64,000 bases of DNA, taken from the NCBI GenBank assembly GCA_965213705.1, contig OZ243913.1:3296001-3360000 (forward strand), written 5' to 3'. The stretch is from Trueperaceae bacterium (GTDB lineage Bacteria > Deinococcota > Deinococci > Deinococcales > Trueperaceae). The translations under genes and the position numbers were made by a program. The notes under the pieces were generated by a model that did no database searches, was not told the DNA's origin, and worked only from the letters and a program-made list of their open reading frames with translations. This document shows, piece by piece, positions 10,066 to 19,959 of the stretch (positions within the stretch are counted from its first letter, which is position 1; each line of letters starts with the position of its first letter).

Positions 10066-11085
10066 TTACTTGCCTCGAGTCTCGTTTCTGAACACGTCCG
10101 GCCACTCCCAACCGTCCTTAACTACATAGCTGTGCAGCAGTTGTCGCCGCTCGGTTTTCTCTTGCAGCGCGCGGCGATAGTCCGCGGGCGGTTTCGTCTC
10201 GAGCCCGCCCTCGTCCAACGGCTTCAAAGGAGTCGGGGGCGGCGCGTCCTCGTCGTGAGCGCCGAGAAAACTGTTGTCGAGGGTCTCGAGCAGGCTGCCC
10301 ACACTCTCGCGCAGGGGTTGCAAGCTGCGTGCGGTCGACTGACAACGCTCCAAACCGTAAAGCAAGTAAGAGAGCGCCTCGTCGAGTGCGGCGACGCGCA
10401 GCGGCAGGGCCGTACGGCGGTCGCCCGAGTGAAAATAGTGGAGGACGGGAAAAGCCAGGTGCTGTTGCCCCACCCTGCCCAGCGCGTCGTTCAGGGTGGA
10501 CAGGTGTTGGGTCAGGGCGTCGCAACCGTCGCCGTCCCAGGCGTTCAGCACGATGTCGGCGGGTGTTAAACCCAAGCTGGCGATGTACGACGCGAGCTGC
10601 CGTTTGCCGACCACCGCGGGCAACACCGACAGCAAAAAGGTGATGGCGAGCGTGATGACGAAAAAGCCCAGCGTCGCGGCCAGCAGCGTCATGATTTGCC
10701 AAAACCCTACCTGCGGCTCGTATTCCCCGTTGCCCAGGGTGATGAGCGTGTAGCCCACGAAGTAGGCACGCTCGAGAAACCCCGTCGGCTCGCCGTCCGC
10801 GCTCGACACCACCGCCCTTGGGTCCAGCATAAAAAAGAGCGTCCAACCCAACCACAACCCAAACGTCCACAGCCCGATGATGAGCAGCAAAACCGCGGTA
10901 CCCACGTAGGACAGCGCGGTGTGAGAGGGCCGGCGGCGGTGCAGCCGCAGCGCCACGGACCAGGTCATGCTTGCCAGCCAACCGCTGCCCCAACCGCTAC
11001 CCTTGAGGCTCAAAGTCGTCTTGACCACGTCGCCCAGCACGAGCAAAACAACCCCTACACCCAAAACCCCCAAGCCCCATTGCAC
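10066..11085 (-). CDS. Potassium channel family (pore-domain) membrane protein
   Basis: TM helices and pore-like YFVGYTLITLGNGEY; C-terminal FPVLHYFH; AAGGAGG RBS. Confidence 0.8.
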   Translation of the reverse strand: MQWGLGVLGVGVVLLVLGDVVKTTLSLKGSGWGSGWLASMTWSVALRLHRRRPSHTALSYVGTAVLLLIIGLWTFGLWLGWTLFFMLDPRAVVSSADGEPTGFLERAYFVGYTLITLGNGEYEPQVGFWQIMTLLAATLGFFVITLAITFLLSVLPAVVGKRQLASYIASLGLTPADIVLNAWDGDGCDALTQHLSTLNDALGRVGQQHLAFPVLHYFHSGDRRTALPLRVAALDEALSYLLYGLERCQSTARSLQPLRESVGSLLETLDNSFLGAHDEDAPPPTPLKPLDEGGLETKPPADYRRALQEKTERRQLLHSYVVKDGWEWPDVFRNETRGK

Positions 11086-11275
11086 TTCGTCGCCTCCTTC
11101 GGCGTTTTCAAACCCAGCTTAACAAGGGGTTGTAACCCCTTGTCGGGACTCGAGCAGCACCTAGATTTCAGCACATAAGTTTCAACGGTTTTCACGCCGC
11201 CTCAAGAATTTTCGCCACATTTTTAAGGGGCTACCCGTCGCTCTGTTCACTCGGCCAGCACCGCACCACAACCTC

Positions 11276-11316
11276 AAAAACGGCGACACCTGCTAACAGG
11301 TGCCGCCGTTTTTTTT
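11276..11316. terminator. Bidirectional intrinsic terminator
   Basis: AAAAACGGCGACACCTG-ctaa-CAGGTGCCGCCGTTTTTTTT hairpin downstream of the YciF-like gene. Confidence 0.8.
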
Positions 11317-11354
11317 GAGCTGTCGGTTCAGCTTTGCGCTTTTAGCGTGTCAGT

Positions 11355-11846
11355 TCAGGCCATCGCTTGCTTGTTGACCGACGACTCGGCGATTTGGCTG
11401 AGCAACTTGTCGGTCTGCTCTTCTTCATTCAGGGTCTGGCCGAGAATTTCCTTGACCTGGCTGTTGCCGAGGGCTTCGGCGAACTGGCAGGCCGAGCCGT
11501 AACCGGCAATCTCGTAGTGCTCGACGCGCTGGGCGGCCGCGATGAGGGCGGCGTCGAGCGCGACGCTTTTGTCGTGCTCGCTTATCAAGTCCTGCGCCTC
11601 TTTGAGCAGGCCTTCCATGCCCTTGCACTTTTCGCCGGTCGGCTGGACGCCCAACATGTCGGCGGCTTGCTTGAGGCGGTTCACCTGCTCTTTGGTTTGC
11701 TCTAAGTGTTTTTGAAACGCGTCTTTCAGCTCTTGCGTCGTCGCGGCCTCCATCATTTTGGGCAGCGCGCTGGTGAGCTGCGTTTCGGCGCTGTAGAGGT
11801 CTTTAACCTGGTGCTCTAACACGTCTTGTAAGTTGGACATTGCCAT
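11355..11846 (-). CDS. Ferritin-like DUF892 (YciF-like) stress protein
   Basis: KDLYSAETQL, HLEQTKEQVNRL, CKGMEGL, AAQRVEHYEIAGYG. Confidence 0.92.
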   Translation of the reverse strand: MAMSNLQDVLEHQVKDLYSAETQLTSALPKMMEAATTQELKDAFQKHLEQTKEQVNRLKQAADMLGVQPTGEKCKGMEGLLKEAQDLISEHDKSVALDAALIAAAQRVEHYEIAGYGSACQFAEALGNSQVKEILGQTLNEEEQTDKLLSQIAESSVNKQAMA

Positions 11847-12079
11847 GATTGTCTCCTCCTAAGATTTGTCAACAGTCGTTACCGTTATCAGTTCGGACGC
11901 TGTGGTCTGCGGAAATTCAGTTGTTCGCGTCCTCAGCTACAGTCTGACACAGACTGAAAAGAAATTTTGTAGACCATCCTCCAGACACGCCTCCTTCAGA
12001 ATCTCGAGCTTAGGCCTCGTTACAAACTGGACGCGAAATGTTCCCGACAATGAAGTTGCAACTCACAAAGGGGGCAAAT

Positions 12080-12955
12080 ATGTCGGACCAAAACGGCAAC
12101 AGCGACAACCCGGACATTCCCGCGCAGACCCAGGACCGGCAACCGGGCTTAGAGAGCGAGATGACGCCGCAACCGCAGTTCGAGCAGGAGGAGCGGCCCG
12201 GCAGCGGACGTTTGAAAAACAAGGTCGCGCTCGTTACCGGCGGCGACTCGGGCATCGGGCGCTCGGTCGCGGTGCTGTTCGCCCGCGAGGGCGCGGACGT
12301 GGCAATTCTGTACCTAAACGAGGACGAAGACGCCGAAACCGCTAAAAAAGAGGTCGAGGAAGAAGGTGGACGCTGCCTGCTCATCAGGGGCGACGTGGGC
12401 GACGAAGCGTTTTGTCAGGACGCGGTGAAGCGCACCGTCGACGAGTTCGGCGGGCTGAACGTGCTGGTCAACAACGCCGCCGAGCAACATCCGCAAAAGA
12501 GCCTGCTCGACATCACCGAGGAGCAACTGGTGCGGACTTTTCGCACCAACATCTTCGGCTACTTTTTTATGGCGAAGGCGGCGCTGCCGCACCTGGACAA
12601 GGGCGACAGCATCATCAACACCTGCTCGGTGACGGCGTTCAAGGGCAGCCCCGGTCTGCTCGACTACTCGGCGACCAAGGGGGCCATCGTCGCGTTTACC
12701 CGCTCGCTGGCGCAGAACCTGGCCGAGGACGGCATCCGCGTCAACAGCGTCGCGCCGGGGCCGATTTGGACTCCCTTAATCCCCGCGACCTTCGACAAGG
12801 AAAAAGTGGCGAAGTTCGGCCAGGACGTGCCGCTGGGCCGTCCCGGCCAACCCGAGGAGGTCGCGCCCTGCTACGTGTTCTTGGCCTCGACGGACGCTTC
12901 GTACATCACCGGGCAAACGCTGCACCCGAACGGCGGGGAGGTGGTGGGCGGTTAG
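12080..12955 (+). CDS. SDR oxidoreductase (YhdF/general stress protein 39-like)
   Basis: TGGDSGIGR, NNAAEQ, YSATKG, APGPIWTPLIP. Confidence 0.92.
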   Translation: MSDQNGNSDNPDIPAQTQDRQPGLESEMTPQPQFEQEERPGSGRLKNKVALVTGGDSGIGRSVAVLFAREGADVAILYLNEDEDAETAKKEVEEEGGRCLLIRGDVGDEAFCQDAVKRTVDEFGGLNVLVNNAAEQHPQKSLLDITEEQLVRTFRTNIFGYFFMAKAALPHLDKGDSIINTCSVTAFKGSPGLLDYSATKGAIVAFTRSLAQNLAEDGIRVNSVAPGPIWTPLIPATFDKEKVAKFGQDVPLGRPGQPEEVAPCYVFLASTDASYITGQTLHPNGGEVVGG

Positions 12956-13052
12956 TCGGGCCGACACACAGGACGAATCTTTTAAGGACTCCCTTAAAGA
13001 CAAGGTCACGCCGACCGGCGACGCCTGGGCTTACTTCGGGGGCGCGCTCGCC

Positions 13053-13502
13053 GTGGCCGTCGCCGTCGGCGTTCACGTGTTGGCGGGGTCGGTTTACAGC
13101 GGGGCCGAGGCGCTCGAGCTGTTCAAGGCCCTGTCGAACTCTTCGGTTTACCTCGGGGTCGCGTTGACCAGTTCCGGCGCGACCGTCCTCGCGCTCATGC
13201 TTACCATGATAGGCATGGCGCGCCGCGCGGACGAGAGCTTCGACACGCGTTTTTACCAGCGCATCGGCCGCATCGGCGCGCTCAGTGCGGCCCTGCTCTG
13301 CAGCGCGGTGCTGCTGCTGATCGTGCTCGGTTTGCCCGCGGACGAGTTCGAAAACGTGCCCCCGAGCTGGTACACGGGGCTTTACTACGTGGCGGTGGGC
13401 CTTATCGCCCTGTTGGCGGGGCTCGCTATCACCACGATTCTCATGCTCTTCAACGCGGTGAAGTACGTCGTCCTCAACGTGACCCCGGCCGAACACCTGT
13501 AG
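13053..13502 (+). CDS. Hypothetical membrane protein (start uncertain)
   Basis: 3-4 hydrophobic segments; the frame stays open back past the upstream stop. Confidence 0.65.
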   Translation: MAVAVGVHVLAGSVYSGAEALELFKALSNSSVYLGVALTSSGATVLALMLTMIGMARRADESFDTRFYQRIGRIGALSAALLCSAVLLLIVLGLPADEFENVPPSWYTGLYYVAVGLIALLAGLAITTILMLFNAVKYVVLNVTPAEHL

Positions 13503-13518
13503 CCGTGTCGGGATAGAT

Positions 13519-14223
13519 GTGTTACGAACAACGACACAAGCCGACTTGAAAACCAAGGCCCTGACGGTCCATGAGCGCCTTTGCGCGGCTTACGACTGCC
13601 CGTTCGCGTTTTTCCGCGACACCGACCCGCTGAGCGAACTGGTGGGTTCGATGTTGTCCCACCGCACCAAAAACGCCGACTCAGGCCACGCCCTGAAAAG
13701 TTTGCGGGCGCGGTTCCCGACTTGGGAGGAGGTCATGCGCGCGCCCGTCGCCGAGGTCGAGGCAGCCATTCACGCCGCCACCTGGCCCGAGCAAAAAGCG
13801 CCGCGGCTGCAAGGCGCGTTGCGGCACGTGTTCAAAGAGCGGGGTGAACTATCGCTCGAGTTCCTGAGCGAAATACCCGTCGACGAGGCGCGGGGCTGGC
13901 TCGAGCGCATTCCCGGCGTCGGGCCGAAGACGAGCGCGGCGGTGTTGCTCTTTAGCACCCTGCGCTTGCCAGCGTTACCGGTCGACAGCCACCACCACCG
14001 GGTGGCGCAGCGCTTGGGGCTGCTGCCCGAAAAAGTCGGACCCGGCCCGGCGCACGCCCTGCTGCGCGCCCAACTGCCTGACGACTGGAGCGCCCAACAA
14101 CTCTACGACAACCACGAAGCCCTGATGACCCACGGCCAGCGCTGCTGCTACCACGCGAACCCGGCTTGCACGCGCTGTCCGGTATTGGACGTGTGCCCCT
14201 TCGGGCAAGAAAGAACGAGGTAA
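13519..14223 (+). CDS. Endonuclease III-family HhH-GPD glycosylase with 4Fe-4S cluster
   Basis: LERIPGVGPKTSAAVLLF, PVDSH, C-X6-C-X2-C-X5-C at the C-terminus. Confidence 0.9.
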   Translation: MLRTTTQADLKTKALTVHERLCAAYDCPFAFFRDTDPLSELVGSMLSHRTKNADSGHALKSLRARFPTWEEVMRAPVAEVEAAIHAATWPEQKAPRLQGALRHVFKERGELSLEFLSEIPVDEARGWLERIPGVGPKTSAAVLLFSTLRLPALPVDSHHHRVAQRLGLLPEKVGPGPAHALLRAQLPDDWSAQQLYDNHEALMTHGQRCCYHANPACTRCPVLDVCPFGQERTR

Positions 14224-14227
14224 AAGC

Positions 14228-15001
14228 ATGGATATGAGCGGTAAAGTTGCTTTGATTACCGGCGCGGGCTCGGGCCTCGGCGCGGCGAGCGCCAAGCGGC
14301 TGGCCGCGGCGGGCGCGAAGGTCGCGCTTCTGGACATCGACGAGTCTGACCTCAAAAAAGTCGCCGCGGACATCGGTCAGGACGCCCTCGTCATTGTCGC
14401 AGACGTGTCCGAAGAAGAGGCGATGAAAAACGCTTATCAGCAAGTCGCCGACACGTTTTCACGGCTCGACGCGGTCTTCGCCAACGCGGGCATCAACGGC
14501 GTGTGGGCACCCTTGGACGAGTTGATGTTAGAAGAATGGCATAGGACGCTCAACATCAACTTGACCGGCACTTTCTTGACTGTGAAACACGCCCTGCCCC
14601 TCTTGAAAAAGCGCGGCGGCTCGGTCGTCATCACGGCCTCGGTCAACGGAACGCGCACGTTCAGCAACACCGGCGCGACCGCCTACTCGTGCAGCAAGGC
14701 GGGGCAGGTCGCGTTTATGCAGATGACGGCCCTGGAGCTGGCGAAACACCGAATACGCGTCAACGCCATTTGCCCCGGCGCGATTTCGACCGACATTTCG
14801 GAGAGCACGACGAAACGCGACTTAGAAACCGTCAAGGAGCCCGCCGAGTACCCCGAGGGCGAAATTCCCCTGACCGACGGTCAACCGGGCTCGGCCGAGC
14901 AGGTCGCCGACCTCGTGCTGTTTTTGGCTTCCGATGCCTCCAAGCACATTTCCGGCACGCCCGTATGGATAGACGGAGCGCAGTCGCTATTGCAGGGGTG
15001 A
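14228..15001 (+). CDS. SDR oxidoreductase
   Basis: TGAGSGLG, ANAGING, YSCSK. Confidence 0.9.
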   Translation: MDMSGKVALITGAGSGLGAASAKRLAAAGAKVALLDIDESDLKKVAADIGQDALVIVADVSEEEAMKNAYQQVADTFSRLDAVFANAGINGVWAPLDELMLEEWHRTLNINLTGTFLTVKHALPLLKKRGGSVVITASVNGTRTFSNTGATAYSCSKAGQVAFMQMTALELAKHRIRVNAICPGAISTDISESTTKRDLETVKEPAEYPEGEIPLTDGQPGSAEQVADLVLFLASDASKHISGTPVWIDGAQSLLQG

Positions 15002-15041
15002 CGGGACCGCAAAGCAAAAGACAGCGGTGTAAAGTAGCCGG

Positions 15042-15944
15042 ATGAGTGAGCCTCACCTCGGCCTCGTCTGCATCACCAAGAGCGACGCGGTGCGCTACCG
15101 CACGGTCACGCGGACGCGCTATCTATCGTTCGGCGACGCTGAACGTTACGTCTTGCTGGATGAACTCTACCGGCACAACTTGGGCGTGCTGTTCAAGGCT
15201 TTGGAGTTCTGCCGTGACCACGCCATCCGGCTCTACCGCGTCAACACCAACCTGTTTCCTTTAAGCGACTGGGAAGACGGGATAGGGCGCGAGGTTTTGG
15301 ACACGCTTCAAGGTGATATGGGCAAAGTCGGCCCGCAGGCCGACGCGCTGGGGGTGCGGGTACTCGTCCACCCGGAGCAGTACGTCGTCCTCAACTCGCT
15401 CCGGCCCGAGGTGATTGTCAACAGCGTACAGGTGTTGGAGAACCAGGCCCTCATTTTCGACCGCCTGGGGCTGCCGCGCAGCACCTGGGCGGGCATCAAC
15501 ATCCACGGCGGCAAGGGCGGGCGGGGGGACGAACTCGTCGAGACGATTTTTGCCTTGCCCGAGCCCGTCCGCAACCGCCTGACTTTGGAGAACGACGAAC
15601 ACGCCTACAACGCCGCCGCCATCCTGGACGTGTGCGAACGCGCCGGCGTGCCGATGGTTTTCGACGCCCACCACCACGTCGTCAGTGAGGGCTTGGCGAG
15701 TTTGGAGGACCCAAGTGTGCTCGAGTACACCCGCCTCGCCCGCGCCACCTGGCAGCCGCCCGACTGGCAGGTCGTCCACCTGTCCAACGGCCGCGCCGGC
15801 GTCGGCGACTCCAAACACAGCGACCTGATTGCGGAAGTCCCGAGCGCGTTTCGGGAGGTGGCCTGGATAGAGGTCGAGGCGAAGGCCAAAGAAGAGGCGA
15901 TTTTCGGTTTGCGCGAGGAGTGGGCTCGAGGGGGTTTAAGCTAA
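15042..15944 (+). CDS. uvsE: UV DNA damage endonuclease
   Basis: HLGLVC, HPEQYVVLNS, LTLENDE, VFDAHHH, IEVEAKAKE. Confidence 0.93.
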   Translation: MSEPHLGLVCITKSDAVRYRTVTRTRYLSFGDAERYVLLDELYRHNLGVLFKALEFCRDHAIRLYRVNTNLFPLSDWEDGIGREVLDTLQGDMGKVGPQADALGVRVLVHPEQYVVLNSLRPEVIVNSVQVLENQALIFDRLGLPRSTWAGINIHGGKGGRGDELVETIFALPEPVRNRLTLENDEHAYNAAAILDVCERAGVPMVFDAHHHVVSEGLASLEDPSVLEYTRLARATWQPPDWQVVHLSNGRAGVGDSKHSDLIAEVPSAFREVAWIEVEAKAKEEAIFGLREEWARGGLS

Positions 15945-16179
15945 CCGCCGAACGGGTCGAAAGCCTCGTCTTAAACGTGACGTCACTTTGAAAAGAGTAG
16001 AACTACCGAACCGACACCCCTCGAAAACCAACCGTTGCCAAACCCGTTGTTTGACGACCGTCTCACCGTTCGTCCCGCCGCTCGTCTCCGGTCAAACCCG
16101 GCAAAACAAACCGAGTCCCTCAGGGCTGACGTTCTCTTTCTTTTCGGTCAGACTTCCGACTACAATAGGCCCTTGACGC

Positions 16180-17541
16180 ATGGCTGAACCGTCTTCCCTA
16201 TTCAACTCACGCCGCCGCAGCCTAACCCCGGCCCAACTTATCGTGTTGTCGTTTTTGGGCGCGATAGCTGCGGGGACGCTGCTTTTGGCACTGCCCTTCA
16301 CCCACGCTCCCGGATACCGGGTCAGCGTGTTGGACGCCCTGTTTACCGCAACGAGCGCAGTTTGCGTGACCGGGCTGGTGGTGGTGGACACGGGCAGCGC
16401 CTACAACCGGCTGGGACAGTTTGTCATCATGGTGCTTTTTCAAGCGGGCGGCTTGGGCATCCTGACGCTGGGCGCGCTGCTGGCCCTGGCGACCCGCCGC
16501 CGCGTCGGTTTCAGCCAGCGGATGCGGCTTCAGGCCCAGGTCAACGCGCTTCAGGTCGGGGGCGTGATACGGCTCGTGCGCAGCATCTTTGTCGTGGTGT
16601 TGACGACCGAGTTGCTCGGCGCCGCCCTGCTTTACTTACGTTTCGCGCAAACCGTCGGCGTCTCGGACGGGGTCTTTTACGCGCTTTTCCACAGCATCAG
16701 CGCGTTCAACAACGCCGGTTTCGCGCTTTATCCCGACAGCTTGACGCGTTTCGTCGGCGACCCCCTCGTCAACCTTACGGTCATCGCCCTCATCGTCTTA
16801 GGAGGCTTGGGGTTCGTCGTCATCCTGGACATCTTCGCGCGCTTCCGTGAGCGCCGCCGCACCCCTTTCAGCTTGACCAGCAAGCTCGTGTTGGTGTCGA
16901 CCGTGGTGCTCACCGCCGGGGCGCTGGTGTTTATTACCGTGCTCGAGTGGGCCAACCCGGCGACCCTGGCCCCGTTGCCTTTGGGCAGCAAGCTGCTCGG
17001 CAGCTTGTTTCAGGCGGTGGTGCCGCGCACCGCCGGCTTCAACACCCTCGACTACAGCCAGATGACGACGGCGAGCCTGGTCATGACCATTTTGCTCATG
17101 TTCATCGGCGCAAACCCGAGTTCGACCGGGGGCGGTATCAAAACGGTGACCTTCGTCGTGCTGCTGGGCAGCGCCTGGGCGGTTATCCGGAACAAGGGCG
17201 AACTGAACTTGTACGGGCGGCGCGTGGCGCTCTTTACCGTGGTGCGGGCGGGCGTCATCGCCTTCGGCGCGGCGATGACCATCGGCGCGGCGGTAACTCT
17301 GCTGGCCGTTTCGGACGCCGACAAAGGCCTGCTCAACTTGCTTTTCGAGGCGGTCTCGGCCTTCGCCACCGTGGGTTTGTCGTTGGGCGTCACCGCGGAG
17401 CTGAGCGTGTTCGGAAAGTGGGTTATCATCGTGCTCATGTATTTAGGACGTGTGGGCCTCGTCACCTTTGCGCTGGCCCTGGTCGAAGAGGAACCCGACC
17501 GGGATATCCGTTACCCTACCGAAGACGTGACCATCGGTTAG
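16180..17541 (+). CDS. ktrB: Trk/Ktr K+ uptake membrane subunit
   Basis: FTATSAVCVTGL, SAFNNAGF, PRTAGF, STGGGIK, SAFATVGLS. Confidence 0.92.
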   Translation: MAEPSSLFNSRRRSLTPAQLIVLSFLGAIAAGTLLLALPFTHAPGYRVSVLDALFTATSAVCVTGLVVVDTGSAYNRLGQFVIMVLFQAGGLGILTLGALLALATRRRVGFSQRMRLQAQVNALQVGGVIRLVRSIFVVVLTTELLGAALLYLRFAQTVGVSDGVFYALFHSISAFNNAGFALYPDSLTRFVGDPLVNLTVIALIVLGGLGFVVILDIFARFRERRRTPFSLTSKLVLVSTVVLTAGALVFITVLEWANPATLAPLPLGSKLLGSLFQAVVPRTAGFNTLDYSQMTTASLVMTILLMFIGANPSSTGGGIKTVTFVVLLGSAWAVIRNKGELNLYGRRVALFTVVRAGVIAFGAAMTIGAAVTLLAVSDADKGLLNLLFEAVSAFATVGLSLGVTAELSVFGKWVIIVLMYLGRVGLVTFALALVEEEPDRDIRYPTEDVTIG

Positions 17542-17544
17542 CCT

Positions 17545-18204
17545 GTGGCGGCGCAGCAGTTTTTGATCATCGGTGTGGGCCGCTTCGGTTCAGCGGTCGC
17601 CCAGACGCTTTACGACTTAGGCCAGGAGGTCGTCGTCGTCGACGAGGACGAGGACGCCCTGCAAGACGTCATGAACAGCGTCACCCACGCGGCCTTGCTG
17701 GACGCTACCGACGAGGCGGCGCTCGCCCGGCTCGGCGTCAACACCTTCGACTACGTTGTCGTCGCCATCGGCAGCAACTTAGAGGCGAGCATCTTGGCGA
17801 CGGTGGCGGCCAAGAGCGGCGGCGCGCGGCACGTCATCTGCAAGGTCAACAGCCAGTTGGCGGCGCGTGTGTTGGCGAGCGTCGGGGCCGACGAGGTCGT
17901 TCGGCCCGAACACGACATGGGCACGCGTTTGGCGCGTCAGCTCGTCTCACCCGACATCGTGGACGCCTTCAACTTAGGCGAAAACCACGGCGTCGTCGAA
18001 CTGGAAGCGCAGACCAACCTGTGCGGACGACTCGCCGACTTGCGCCTGCCCAACCGCTTCGGCGTGCAGGTCATCGCGGTAAACCGCGAAAGCCAGCTTC
18101 AGGTCACGCCGGGTGCGGACTTCGTCCTTGAACCGGGCGACCACGTCGTGCTGATAGGCAGCAACGACGGTATCGCCAAACTGCGCAAGCACTTGAAGCG
18201 TTAG
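17545..18204 (+). CDS. ktrA: Trk/Ktr K+ uptake RCK subunit
   Basis: IIGVGRFG, VVAIGSNLEASIL, VVRPEHDMG. Confidence 0.92.
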   Translation: MAAQQFLIIGVGRFGSAVAQTLYDLGQEVVVVDEDEDALQDVMNSVTHAALLDATDEAALARLGVNTFDYVVVAIGSNLEASILATVAAKSGGARHVICKVNSQLAARVLASVGADEVVRPEHDMGTRLARQLVSPDIVDAFNLGENHGVVELEAQTNLCGRLADLRLPNRFGVQVIAVNRESQLQVTPGADFVLEPGDHVVLIGSNDGIAKLRKHLKR

Positions 18205-18210
18205 GCGTCC

Positions 18211-19056
18211 GTGGCCGTCTTCGACCCACCCAACCGCACGCTGCGCGTCGGCGTTCTTTGCGTGGCGCTTTTGTTCGGCGGACTTGTCGTCGACTTGTCC
18301 TCTCCGCAAGCGCTCGTCGTCGCCATCGTTTACGACATTCCCGTCGCGCTTTCGGGGCTGGCCTTGTCCCGCCGCTTGACCGTAAGCATGGTGCTGTTGG
18401 CGCTTGTAAACAACGTGTTGGCCGCCTACGTCAACGCGGTCTCCACGGGCGGTTACGACACCCTGGCGCTTTTGAACCGCGGCTTGTCGGCGTTTTCGTT
18501 TTTGCTCGTCGGCGCGCTGATGCTGGCGCTCCGCAACGCTTCGACCCGGGCGACGCGTTTGGCGTTCGAAGCGGAACGGGCGCAGCGCGAGTTCACGCTG
18601 CGCCGCGCCCTGTCGAGCCTGAGCGGACCCCTAAAGCCGGACGCGCTGTTGCAAAAGGCCGTCGCCGAACTGCGCGACCTGTTGCAAGCGAACGCGGTCG
18701 TCATTGCAGGGTTGCAAGAACACCGTTTTGCCGCGCCCCGCTACAGCAGCCCCGACACGACCCAGACGGCGCTCGTCGGCAAGACGGCGTCGTGGGCGGT
18801 CGACGCCCTGCCGACGGGCAAGGCGTCGGTCATTACCGTCCGCTCGGACCAAGGCCCGAAGACGGTGGGCCGCTGGCGCAGCGCCGGCGGCGACCTTATC
18901 GTCGTGGTCGACAGACCCCGCAACGACGAAGCGTCTTTGGTGTTGAGGGAAATGCTGACGGGCCTCGAGCCCCTGCTCGAACGCGCCCGGCTGTTGGAGC
19001 AGTTACCCAACCAGGCGTCCGAACAACCGCAAAGCTCTTCCCCGCCCGGCGGGTGA
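18211..19056 (+). CDS. Membrane protein with 4-TM sensor-like N-terminus and GAF-like C-terminus
   Basis: Four hydrophobic segments, then a charged helical linker and soluble domain; no H-box or kinase motifs seen; 6 bp after ktrA. Confidence 0.6.
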   Translation: MAVFDPPNRTLRVGVLCVALLFGGLVVDLSSPQALVVAIVYDIPVALSGLALSRRLTVSMVLLALVNNVLAAYVNAVSTGGYDTLALLNRGLSAFSFLLVGALMLALRNASTRATRLAFEAERAQREFTLRRALSSLSGPLKPDALLQKAVAELRDLLQANAVVIAGLQEHRFAAPRYSSPDTTQTALVGKTASWAVDALPTGKASVITVRSDQGPKTVGRWRSAGGDLIVVVDRPRNDEASLVLREMLTGLEPLLERARLLEQLPNQASEQPQSSSPPGG

Positions 19057-19227
19057 CGGGGCCCAGCCTGTCGGCACGGTCCGGGTGTGTTTCAAACGGT
19101 AGACCCTGCGGAAGACGACAGCTGCAAAGAAGCCGACGATGCAACGCTCGACCGGCGCAGCGGTTAAGGTGGTCCGTAAGCCACCTTGAGTCAAGGGCAG
19201 AAACCAAACTTGAGTTAGGAGCACAAC

Positions 19228-19959
19228 ATGGCAAACTTACAAGGCAAAACCGCCGTCGTCACGGGTGCGAGCCGGGGTATCGGCCGGGCTTCGGCGCTGG
19301 CTTTGGCCCGCGAAGGCGCGAACGTCATTCTTACCGCCCGGAACGGAGTTGAGTTGCAAGAGTTGAGCGAAGAACTCGAGCAACTCGGCGTCAAAAGCCT
19401 CGCCGTGGCCGCCGACCTCAGTCAAGACGCAGACATCGCCCGGTTGAAAAAGCAGGCGCTCGAGGCCTTTGAAACCATCGACATCCTGGTGAACAACGCA
19501 GGCGTCGGCAAGTACGGCCCCTTTACCGAGATGAGCGCTGAAGACTACGACTGGATGATGGACACCAACGTCCGCAGCACGATTCTTTGCACGCGGGCGT
19601 TTTTGCCCGAGATGCTCGAGCGCGGCAGCGGTTCGATTATCACGGTGTCGTCGCAGGCGGGGCTGCACGGCTTCGGCAACGAGGCGATTTACTGCGCGAC
19701 GAAGTTCGCCCAGGTCGGTTTTTGTCAAGCCCTGGACCACGAGGTGCGCGAGCGCGGCGTCAAGGTCAGCATTATCGCGCCGGGCGGCGTCCACACTCAC
19801 TTCGCCATCGGCACGGGCCGGGAAGAGGGCGAGCCGTATTTAGACGAGATGCTGGAAGCCGAAGACGTCGCCGACGCCGTGGTCTTCGCCGCCAAACAGC
19901 CCGCCAAGTCCCGAGTGATGCTCATCGGGATGCGGCCGATGTCGGAGCCGATTTTCTAA
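19228..19959 (+). CDS. SDR oxidoreductase
   Basis: TGASRGIG, NNAG, YCATK. Confidence 0.9.
   Translation: MANLQGKTAVVTGASRGIGRASALALAREGANVILTARNGVELQELSEELEQLGVKSLAVAADLSQDADIARLKKQALEAFETIDILVNNAGVGKYGPFTEMSAEDYDWMMDTNVRSTILCTRAFLPEMLERGSGSIITVSSQAGLHGFGNEAIYCATKFAQVGFCQALDHEVRERGVKVSIIAPGGVHTHFAIGTGREEGEPYLDEMLEAEDVADAVVFAAKQPAKSRVMLIGMRPMSEPIF

Noticed and set aside
15945..16179. c-di-AMP (ydaO) riboswitch upstream of ktrB
   Set aside because: Expected from context, but I could not find the conserved motifs by eye.
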